Shown piece by piece: positions 45,470-52,699 of a stretch of 52,699 bases of DNA. The position numbers were made by a program, and so were the translations under genes. This stretch comes from Alphaproteobacteria bacterium (GTDB taxonomy: Bacteria; Pseudomonadota; Alphaproteobacteria; Rhodospirillales; 2-02-FULL-58-16): NCBI GenBank assembly GCA_024278615.1, contig JAJRSS010000014.1, positions 1 to 52,699 on the forward strand. The letters are read 5' to 3'. A model generated the notes under the pieces. The model saw only the letters and a program-made list of their open reading frames with translations. It was not told the origin of the DNA and made no database searches. How positions within the stretch are numbered: position 1 is the stretch's first letter; each line of letters starts with the position of its first letter.

Positions 45470-47272
45470 TCAGTCGTCGTCCATCCTCAGCGCCGCGATG
45501 AAGGCCGATTGGGGGATTTCCACGCGCCCGAACTGGCGCATCTTCTTCTTGCCTTTTTTCTGCTTGTCCAACAGCTTGCGCTTGCGGCTGACATCGCCGC
45601 CGTAGCACTTGGCGGTGACGTCCTTGCGCATCGCGCTGATGGTTTCCCGGGCCACCACCTTGCCGCCGATGGCCGCCTGGATGGGAATCTTGAACATCTG
45701 CCGGGGGATCAGCTTCTTCAGCCGCTCGCAGATGGCCCGGCCCCGGGATTCGGCGTGGTTGGCATGGGTGACGAAGGAAAGGGCGTCCACCGGCTCATTG
45801 TTCACCAGGATCGACACCTTGGTCAGGTTGCCTTGCCGGTAGTCGTCGATTTCATAATCGAAGCTGGCGTAACCCTTGGAGACGGATTTGAGCCGGTCGT
45901 AGAAATCGAACACCACCTCGTTGAGCGGCAGGCGGTAAACGGCCATGGCCCGGTTGCCGGCATAGGTGAGTTCAACCTGTTCGCCGCGGCGTTCGGTGCA
46001 GATGGAGAGGATCGCGCCCAGGTATTCGTCGGGGACCATGATCGTGGCCTTGATCCAGGGTTCGTCAATGGATGCGATCTTGACCGGGTCGGGCATGTCG
46101 GCCGGGTTATGCAGGGTGATTTCGCTGCCGTCGATCTGGTGGATCTTGTAGATGACGCTGGGCGCGGTGGTAATCAGGTCCAGGCCGAATTCCCGTTCCA
46201 GCCGTTCCTGGATGATTTCCAGGTGCAGCAAGCCCAGGAATCCGCAGCGGAAGCCGAAGCCCAGGGCGGCGGAGGTTTCAGCCTCGAAGTGGAAGCTGGA
46301 ATCGTTCAGCCGCAGCCGTGCCAGGGATTCCCGCAGGTTATCGAAGTCACTGGAATCAGTGGGAAAAAGAGAACAGAACACCACCGGCTGGGAGGGCTTG
46401 AAGCCGGGAAGGGCCCGCGCTGCCCGGCGCTTTTCGTCGGTAATGGTGTCGCCCACATTGGTTTCGGCGACGGTCTTGATGGCGGCGGTGATGTAACCCA
46501 TCTCGCCGGGACCCAGCTGGTCCACCCGGACCGGCTTGGGCGTGAACACGCCCACCTGTTCCACCTGGTGGGTCGTGCCGCCGGCCATCATCCGCACCTT
46601 CATGCCCTTTTTCAGCACCCCGTCCTTGACGCGGACCAGGACCATGACCCCCAGGTAGGGATCGTACCAACTGTCCACCAGCAGGGCCTTGAGGGGCGCG
46701 TCGCCGTCGCCGGCGGGCGGCGGCAGGCGTTCCACCAGGGCTTCCAGTACCGCCTCGATCCCTTCGCCGGTCTTGGCGGAAATGGCCAGGGCGCCGCCGG
46801 CGTCGATGCCGATGACCTCTTCGATCTGTCGGCTGATCCGTTCCGGTTCGGCCGCCGGCAGGTCGATCTTGTTGAGCACCGGGACGATTTCGTGGTTGGC
46901 GTCGATGGCCTGATAGACGTTGGCCAGGGTCTGGGCTTCCACCCCCTGGGACGCGTCGACCACCAGCAGCGAGCCCTCGCAGGAAGCCAGCGAACGGCTG
47001 ACCTCGTAGGCGAAGTCCACGTGGCCCGGAGTGTCCACGAGGTTGAGCTGATAGGTCACGCCGTCTTTTGCGGTGTAATTCAGGCGCACGGTCTGGGCCT
47101 TGATGGTGATGCCCCGTTCGCGCTCGATATCCATGGTATCGAGCACCTGTTCCTTCATCTCCCGGCGGGTGAGGCCGCCACAGACCTGGATCAGCCGGTC
47201 GGCCAGGGTGGATTTCCCGTGGTCGATATGGGCGATGATGGCGAAATTGCGGATGTGGGAGAGATCGGTCAT
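45470..47272 (-). CDS. lepA: Translation elongation factor 4
   Basis: The start is at the ATG at 47272 ([26 protein letters not shown]); the track ORF begins 7 codons earlier at a TTG. GTPase motifs and the LepA C-terminal domain are present. Confidence 0.96.
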   Translation of the reverse strand: MTDLSHIRNFAIIAHIDHGKSTLADRLIQVCGGLTRREMKEQVLDTMDIERERGITIKAQTVRLNYTAKDGVTYQLNLVDTPGHVDFAYEVSRSLASCEGSLLVVDASQGVEAQTLANVYQAIDANHEIVPVLNKIDLPAAEPERISRQIEEVIGIDAGGALAISAKTGEGIEAVLEALVERLPPPAGDGDAPLKALLVDSWYDPYLGVMVLVRVKDGVLKKGMKVRMMAGGTTHQVEQVGVFTPKPVRVDQLGPGEMGYITAAIKTVAETNVGDTITDEKRRAARALPGFKPSQPVVFCSLFPTDSSDFDNLRESLARLRLNDSSFHFEAETSAALGFGFRCGFLGLLHLEIIQERLEREFGLDLITTAPSVIYKIHQIDGSEITLHNPADMPDPVKIASIDEPWIKATIMVPDEYLGAILSICTERRGEQVELTYAGNRAMAVYRLPLNEVVFDFYDRLKSVSKGYASFDYEIDDYRQGNLTKVSILVNNEPVDALSFVTHANHAESRGRAICERLKKLIPRQMFKIPIQAAIGGKVVARETISAMRKDVTAKCYGGDVSRKRKLLDKQKKGKKKMRQFGRVEIPQSAFIAALRMDDD

Positions 47273-47360
47273 GGGGGCGCTTTTAACAGGCAAAGGCCCT
47301 ACCTGCCAAGCGGCGTGGCGGGGGAGGTGTCAGGCTGAATACGGGCGAGGCTGTCGCAAA

Positions 47361-48173
47361 CTACGTGATTCGCTGGCGAACCATGGCGGAGACGAACTCG
47401 CTGACCACGACAACGGCGAAAATGACGGCCAGCATTACGGAAACCTGCTCCCAGCGAAAAAGGTTCATCGCGGAATACAACAAGATACCGATGCCGCCGG
47501 CGCCGACGAAGCCGAGCACGGTGGATTCCCGGATGTTGATATCCCACCGGTAGACGGTGGTGCCGTAGATGACGGGAAGCACCTGGGGCAGGATGCCGAT
47601 CCACAGCACCTGCAGGCGCGAGGCGCCGGTGGCCTCGATGGCTTCCACCGCGCCTTCATCGATCTCCTCGATGGCTTCGGCGACCAGCTTGCCCATGAAG
47701 CCGATGGAGCGAAAAGCAATGGCCCAAATCCCGGCAACCGGACCGGGGCCGAAGATGGCGACGAACAACAGCCCCCAGACCACCGTATTGATGGAGCGGG
47801 ACGCCACCAGGATAAACCTGGCGATGGCCCAGGTGAGCGAATTGAAGGTGGTGTTGCGGGCGGCCAGGAAAGCGACGGGAAAGGCGATGAAGATGGTGAT
47901 GATGGTCCCCAGCGTGGCGATATTGATGGTTTCTATCAATATGGCGACAACCTCTTCGAGGATGTCCCAATCCGGCGGCACCATGCGGGTAAGGAGGTCC
48001 ATGGCCTGTATATGGGCGTCGTTGAAATACTCCCAAGGCAGGTCCATGCTGCGTAGCGCCCATGCGGCGATGAAAACCGCGCCCACGTACCATGCATAGC
48101 GGGTCAAGGTTTGGCGCGGATTGAAGCGGCGCCAGACCTCGGGATATTTCTTGGCGTGTTCAGCCGGGCTCAT
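47361..48173 (-). CDS. phnE: Phosphonate ABC transporter permease
   Basis: 270-aa ORF with the PhnE-type pattern (EAIEATGASRLQVLWIGILPQVLP). It overlaps the upstream phnE by 4 nt. Confidence 0.85.
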   Translation of the reverse strand: MSPAEHAKKYPEVWRRFNPRQTLTRYAWYVGAVFIAAWALRSMDLPWEYFNDAHIQAMDLLTRMVPPDWDILEEVVAILIETINIATLGTIITIFIAFPVAFLAARNTTFNSLTWAIARFILVASRSINTVVWGLLFVAIFGPGPVAGIWAIAFRSIGFMGKLVAEAIEEIDEGAVEAIEATGASRLQVLWIGILPQVLPVIYGTTVYRWDINIRESTVLGFVGAGGIGILLYSAMNLFRWEQVSVMLAVIFAVVVVSEFVSAMVRQRIT

Positions 48174-48985
48174 CTGAGCTTGTTCCTGGCCCAGTTGGAA
48201 AAAACTTCACCGACAAAGACGAGGGCGATGATGGCCAGCAGAATGGCGAGGCTGAAATCATAATCATAGCGCTTGAACGACGCCGCCAGCACCTGGCCGA
48301 TGCCGCCGGCGCCGACCACGCCGACGACCGTTGAATGGCGGATGTTGGCGTCCAGCCGGTAGAGGGAGACACCCAGATACCGGGGCAGGGCCTGGGGCGA
48401 AATACAGTAGACCAGAAGCTTGGGGAAACTGGCGCCGGTGGCTCGAACCGCCTCCAACTGCCCGGGCGGCATGTTTTCGATGTCTTCGGCCAGCATCTTG
48501 GAAACAAAGCTGATCGACGCGATCGTCAGGGTCAGCACGCCGGCCAAGGGACCGAAACCAACGATCTTGACGAAAAATATCGCCCAGATGATTTCGTGAA
48601 AAGTGCGCGAAAGGACGATGAACGTGCGGGCCACCAGGTAGACGGGCCGGGGGACCAGGTTTACAGCCCCGCACAGGCCCAGGGGCACGGCGATGATCAT
48701 GCCAAAGAAGCTGGCCGCCAGCGCCATTTGGACGCTGACCAGCAACTCGCGGGTCAGCAGTTCCCACCGCTCGAAGCTGGGCGGGAACATGCGCGAAAAC
48801 ATGTCGGCGGCCCGCGGGAAGCCATTGGCGACCCGGTTCCAGTCCACCTCCAGGGAGCCCACCGACCACACCACATAGATCAGCGCCAGGCCTAAAAGCC
48901 CATAACGGTAAATGGGGTTTTCGATCAGCTTGATGGTATGCCATTCAAGCCGTTCGGTATTCGCCGATTCAGCCGGCGCCGTCAT
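48170..48985 (-). CDS. phnE: Phosphonate ABC transporter permease
   Basis: 271-aa ORF with the PhnE-type pattern ([24 protein letters not shown]). It overlaps phnC by 4 nt. Confidence 0.85.
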   Translation of the reverse strand: MTAPAESANTERLEWHTIKLIENPIYRYGLLGLALIYVVWSVGSLEVDWNRVANGFPRAADMFSRMFPPSFERWELLTRELLVSVQMALAASFFGMIIAVPLGLCGAVNLVPRPVYLVARTFIVLSRTFHEIIWAIFFVKIVGFGPLAGVLTLTIASISFVSKMLAEDIENMPPGQLEAVRATGASFPKLLVYCISPQALPRYLGVSLYRLDANIRHSTVVGVVGAGGIGQVLAASFKRYDYDFSLAILLAIIALVFVGEVFSNWARNKLR

Positions 48986-49827
48986 CCAGCGGAAGCCTCG
49001 CGCACCAGGCCCTTGCCTTTCGCCTTCGGCTTTTCTTTCGCCGCTTCGTCTCCGTTCTCTTCATCCACCTTGCGGATGGTGGAACTCCAGTCCTCTTCGC
49101 CGTAAATGTCCGTCAGCACCTGGGCGGTAATCTGGTGGGTCGTCCCGTCGAAAACGATCTCGCCCTCGCGCAATCCGATGATCCGGTCGGAATAGGTTTG
49201 GGCCAGTCCCACATCGTGGATGTTGACCAGCGCCGGAGTATTCCGCTCGTGGGCCAACTCGACGAGGATACGCATGATCTGACGCGAGGTCTTGGGATCC
49301 AGGCTGGCGGTGGGTTCGTCCACCAAAAGCAGGTCCGGCGTCTGCGTCAGCGCCCGGGCGATGCCCACCCGTTGACGCTGGCCGCCGGAAAGGGCGTCGG
49401 CCCGGGTATCCTGGTATCCGGCCAACCCGACACGATCGAGAAGCTTGAAGGCGGCGGATACATCTTTGGCCGGAAAACGCCGGAAGAAGGCCTGCCAGAA
49501 ATTCACGTAACCGAGCCGGCCCGAAAGCACGTTCTCCATCACCGTCAGGCGTTCCACCAGGTTGTACTCCTGGAAAATCATGCCCATGCGGCGGCGGGCC
49601 TTGCGAATATCACCGCGGTTGAGGGCCGTAATATCCGTGCCATCCAGAATCACCGAGCCCGAGGTGGGTTCGACCAGACGGTTGATACATCGAATTAACG
49701 TGCTTTTCCCCGCCCCCGAAGGGCCGATAATGGCCACCACCTGGGGTTCATCCACCTCGAAGCTGACACCTTTGAGAGCGGCGGCGCCGGTGGGATAGGT
49801 CTTGGTGAGGTCAGTTAAGGTGAGCAT
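48982..49827 (-). CDS. phnC: Phosphonate ABC transporter ATP-binding protein
   Basis: 281-aa ORF with Walker [10 protein letters not shown] and the PhnC-typical [28 protein letters not shown] charged C-terminal extension is present. Confidence 0.88.
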   Translation of the reverse strand: MLTLTDLTKTYPTGAAALKGVSFEVDEPQVVAIIGPSGAGKSTLIRCINRLVEPTSGSVILDGTDITALNRGDIRKARRRMGMIFQEYNLVERLTVMENVLSGRLGYVNFWQAFFRRFPAKDVSAAFKLLDRVGLAGYQDTRADALSGGQRQRVGIARALTQTPDLLLVDEPTASLDPKTSRQIMRILVELAHERNTPALVNIHDVGLAQTYSDRIIGLREGEIVFDGTTHQITAQVLTDIYGEEDWSSTIRKVDEENGDEAAKEKPKAKGKGLVREASAG

Positions 49828-49847
49828 GAACCAGTCCGTACCATGCG

Positions 49848-49879
49848 ACCGTGGCCGCCCGTTAACGGGCGGCCACGGT
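49848..49879 (-). promoter_or_regulatory. Intercistronic 14-bp perfect stem-loop between phnD and phnC
   Basis: ACCGTGGCCGCCCG-TTAA-CGGGCGGCCACGGT, read directly. No U-tract follows on the operon strand. Confidence 0.5.
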
Positions 49880-49908
49880 TCAAGAGGTTTCGAAGGATCC
49901 GTAGGGCC

Positions 49909-50952
49909 TTAGCTCTTTTTCTTCTTCTTCTTCTTCTTTTTGACTTTCAGGCCTTTCAAGGACTCCTGCGAATACACGGTACCGTTGGTTTTCTGGATGG
50001 TACGGATGTCGGTCCAGAATTCCTTAAAGTTGATGGGGATGAAGCGGTCGGATTTCTTGCCGAATTCCTTCTTCAACGCCGTGCCGGTCCAATCGAAGGT
50101 CAGGAAGGCTTCCTTCACCTTTTTCTGAAGATCGGGATGGAGATTGTACACGTACCCGTAGGAGGTGGTCGGGAACAGCTTGGACTGCCAGATGATCCGC
50201 AGGTCATCCTTGTTGACCACGCCCTTGTCGTGCATGCGGTCAAGCACGCTGGAGGCAATGGGGGCGGCATCGTAATCCTTGTTGGCGACGCCCATGATGG
50301 AATTGTCGTGCTTGCCGGAATAGATAACCTTGTAGTCCACGTCAGGCTCGACACCCAGGGACTTGAACAGCGCCCGGGGGGCTTGGTTGCCCGAGTTGGA
50401 TGAAGGCGTTACATGGGCCACCTTACGTCCCTTGAGGTCGGACATCTTCCTGATGTCGCTGTCCTTGTGGGTGATCAGCTGCAATCGGTAACCAAACTTG
50501 CCGTCGTGCTTGCCCATCATGGCGACCGGTACGAAACCAGCCAGGTTGACGCCGAACACGGTGGCGCCAGTGGAAATACCGGCGACATGCAACCGGCCCG
50601 AACGCATGGCCTCGACCTGGGCGGCGTAGGATTCCGCCCCATACCATTTAACTTTCTTGCCGGTTTTCTTCGCCAGATAATCCATGAACTCAACGAAGAC
50701 ATTCTCGTAAACGGACGGGTCCTCGACCGGCGTGTAAGAGAAAATCAAGGTGTCCGGATTGAGCCACTTGCTGGGATCGGTAGGCGTATCGGCGACCAGG
50801 TCACCGTTGTCGTCGCAGAAGCGCGTGTCAAGGTCGCCGTGATTCTTGCACGCGGCGGCGGCCGGGCTTACGGCGCCGAACATGAAAGTGATCGCCGTCA
50901 ATCCGGCGGCGCCGGCAAGGAAAGACCGCCGGAAGAATGATATTTCAGTCAT
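49909..50952 (-). CDS. phnD: Phosphonate/phosphite ABC transporter substrate-binding protein with poly-lysine C-terminal tail
   Basis: 347-aa ORF with a Tat-like signal (FFRRSFLAGAAG) and the PhnD pattern (VAHVTPSSNSGNQAP). It ends in KVKKKKKKKKKS. Confidence 0.85.
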   Translation of the reverse strand: MTEISFFRRSFLAGAAGLTAITFMFGAVSPAAAACKNHGDLDTRFCDDNGDLVADTPTDPSKWLNPDTLIFSYTPVEDPSVYENVFVEFMDYLAKKTGKKVKWYGAESYAAQVEAMRSGRLHVAGISTGATVFGVNLAGFVPVAMMGKHDGKFGYRLQLITHKDSDIRKMSDLKGRKVAHVTPSSNSGNQAPRALFKSLGVEPDVDYKVIYSGKHDNSIMGVANKDYDAAPIASSVLDRMHDKGVVNKDDLRIIWQSKLFPTTSYGYVYNLHPDLQKKVKEAFLTFDWTGTALKKEFGKKSDRFIPINFKEFWTDIRTIQKTNGTVYSQESLKGLKVKKKKKKKKKS

Positions 50953-51105
50953 GGCTTACTCCCTGGTTGACGAGGCCCTGCTTAAGCGAGCCCCTAACTT
51001 CTCCGCCCGGTGTATTTCCATCCGGACGTTAGAACGGTTCGAAATATTGCGGTTTTATTACAAACAGTTCTGACATGCCTTGGCCGGTAAATCAACGCCG
51101 GGCGA

Positions 51106-51912
51106 TCATCGGGCATCCAGAAGCGCCTGGGCCACCTCGGCGAAGCCGCCGCCGCAGGGGCTGGGCGTGACGAAGGCGGGCGGGGGAGCAAGCCGGCCGG
51201 TGAAGTCGCGGATGTTGGAAACCCCTATGGAATAGGGGAAAAACCCGAACATGGGTCCGTCGTTGGGGGAATCGCCGACGAAAACGAAGCGGTCCTTTTC
51301 GGCCTCCAGATCGGTTGAAAAACATTCGTCCATCAGGGTGCGGGTCATGGTCAGCTTGTCATAGTCGCCAAACCAGCCGTTGACATGGATGGAGCTGATC
51401 TTGGCCATGGCTCCCGCGTCCTTGAAAAGACCGACGATCCTGTCCACCTGGCCGGCCGGGAGGGGGGGGACATCCTCGCGGAAATCGATCGCCAGGTCCG
51501 CTTCCCGGTAGGCCTGATCGGCGGAGATGGCGGCGCCGGGAACGGCGGCCAGGATCTTTTCCGCCAGGGCATCCAGGCGGCGGCGGTTTGCAGCCCTTTG
51601 CGCTGCCGGCATCCCGTAGCGTTTCTTCAGGGTCCGGGCCTCCGCCTCGTAGCGGAAATAGAAGGCGCCGTTTTCCCCCACTACCCCGTCAACGGGCCAC
51701 ATTCGGGCAATATGATCGCACCATCCGGCCGGCCGGCCGGTGATGGGGATGACCAGCAACCCGGCCTCTTGCAACCGTTCCATGGCCCCATAGGCTTCCG
51801 CCGTCAATCGGCCCCCGGTCGTCAGGGTGTCATCGATATCGGTGAACACGCCCCGGATGGCGCGCCGCGCCGCGAGGGAGATCGAAATCAGGGGCTGCAT
51901 GGGAGAAGGCAA
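51106..51912 (-). CDS. HAD-IIB family hydrolase
   Basis: 268-aa ORF with motif I GVFTDIDDTLT, motif II ITGRP and a C-terminal GDSPNDGPMF. Confidence 0.8.
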   Translation of the reverse strand: MPSPMQPLISISLAARRAIRGVFTDIDDTLTTGGRLTAEAYGAMERLQEAGLLVIPITGRPAGWCDHIARMWPVDGVVGENGAFYFRYEAEARTLKKRYGMPAAQRAANRRRLDALAEKILAAVPGAAISADQAYREADLAIDFREDVPPLPAGQVDRIVGLFKDAGAMAKISSIHVNGWFGDYDKLTMTRTLMDECFSTDLEAEKDRFVFVGDSPNDGPMFGFFPYSIGVSNIRDFTGRLAPPPAFVTPSPCGGGFAEVAQALLDAR

Positions 51913-52222
51913 AGGATGTCCTTAGAAAAAATGCCTGGGAAACTTACCCGGAGAAACCTGCCTCGGAGAAACCAGGTGGGCAGAATGTCCCCACCCGCCG
52001 GGCCGGGTCAAGAAAAAGCCCGGGGCCCACCCTAGGAGGAGACAAAATTACCCATAATTTGAAGTAACTTAACCTGAAATATCCCCTTCAATCGTTCACA
52101 GGGCATTCATGGGCACTCTGGCATACTCATCGGCAATTCGGCAGCGTTTGAGTTTTTCCCCGTGGAGACGCACACCGCCATCCACCGGGATCATGCTTAG
52201 GATCAAGAAGGGATTTTGAAAA

Positions 52223-52600
52223 ATGAAACATGCGAATAAACGTCAACTGAATGAGGGCGCCTTGCCTGACCTGGATGTCCAGATGACCCGGCGCCGCGTC
52301 TTGGCCAAACTGGGCCTGACCACGGCCGCGGCCTATGTCACACCCATGCTGTTGGGCCTCAGCGGCGCCTCCGCTTCCGGTAGTGGCGGCGGCGGCGGTG
52401 GTGGCGGCGGCGGCGGCGGTGGTGGCGGTAACGGCAGCGGTTCCGGCGGAAGCGGCGGAAGCGGCGGCTCCGGTAGCGGCTCGGGCCAGGGCAATTCCAG
52501 CGGCGCTTCCGGTGGAGGCTCCCTCAATGATCCGAACGTGATCATCGATCAAACGGGAACTTCGAATACCTCAGAGGCCAACCCGAAACTAGTTGAGTGA
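52223..52600 (+). CDS. Small Gly/Ser-rich low-complexity protein with twin-arginine-like signal
   Basis: 125-aa ORF (alternative ATG at 52283, MTRRRVLAKLGLTTAAAYVTPMLLGLSGASA). The signal is followed by about 60 residues of G/S/N encoded by GGC/GGT/AGC repeats. Coding status is supported only by the signal-like N-terminus. Confidence 0.5.
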   Translation: MKHANKRQLNEGALPDLDVQMTRRRVLAKLGLTTAAAYVTPMLLGLSGASASGSGGGGGGGGGGGGGGGNGSGSGGSGGSGGSGSGSGQGNSSGASGGGSLNDPNVIIDQTGTSNTSEANPKLVE

Positions 52601-52653
52601 TTTCAGCATGTTATGATTCTCTCCGTTGTGTCAAAGCAATGGAGGGACACAAC

Positions 52654-52699
52654 ATGTGGACTGAAATCACTCGAAGCGATTATGAGCGCCGTGGCGGAC
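52654..52699 (+). CDS. N-terminus of an IS5-family (DUF4096-type) transposase; runs off the window
   Basis: The ATG at 52654 follows GGAGGG. MWTEITRSDYERRGG resembles the conserved start of IS5/IS427-group transposases (from memory). Only 15 codons are visible. Confidence 0.45.
   Translation, partial: MWTEITRSDYERRGG

Noticed and set aside
50953-51105. Possible Pho box upstream of phnD (minus strand ATGTCAGAACTGTTTGTAAT).
   Set aside because: Only one half-site resembles CTGTCAT, and the second candidate is at the wrong spacing (9 rather than 11 bp). It is too weak to call without a species-specific matrix.
52333-52545. Pro-rich (minus) and Ala-rich (plus) ORFs over the GGC repeat tract.
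   Set aside because: They are mirror or alternate-frame translations of the same simple repeat, without a start context or signal. Only the frame with the Tat-like leader was retained, and that with modest confidence.

Overview
This is 52.7 kb of a GC-rich proteobacterial chromosome. The gene content (ubiTUV, ehu/eut/doe, rarD, FIST) is compatible with an alphaproteobacterium, but the taxon is inference only. All calls come from reading the ORF track and the raw sequence; no searches were run.

The left part (1-17.2 kb) is housekeeping or core-like. It holds two paralogous TetR genes around a decayed SDR gene, then an AhpD-like protein, a DsbA-like protein, argG, a UDG-family gene overlapping cobB, an LMW-PTP/fructosamine-kinase/HAD trio, thpR, a FIST protein, tesA-like divergent from ybbA/ybbP-like ABC genes, a BI-1/YccA protein, an orphan J-domain protein and rarD.

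The right part (42.7-52.7 kb) carries ubiV-ubiU-ubiT with an FNR-type box, lepA, phnD-phnC-phnE-phnE, a HAD-IIB hydrolase, a Tat-signal Gly/Ser-rich protein and the first codons of an IS5-type transposase.

The middle ~25 kb (about 17.3-42.6 kb) looks accessory and mosaic. It ends 16 bp from the 3' end of a tRNA-Ser(GGA) gene and contains:
- an OFA-type MFS transporter;
- three direct copies of the left end of one IS, one with a truncated rve-type transposase;
- a 178-bp MITE-like element with perfect 21-bp terminal inverted repeats;
- a visibly AT-richer amiC-amiR-controlled operon that joins a Dpp/Opp-type ABC importer to an FmdA-type amidase, preceded by a terminator/antiterminator leader;
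- a complete ectoine/hydroxyectoine uptake and catabolism cluster (ehuBCDA, GntR regulator, eutB, eutC, doeA, doeB, doeX, doeC, doeD) with an unexpected MOSC-FNR-2Fe2S fusion gene inserted in it.

No CRISPR array, rRNA or recognisable defence system was seen. Many long ORFs in the track are antisense or GC-frame artefacts and were not called.
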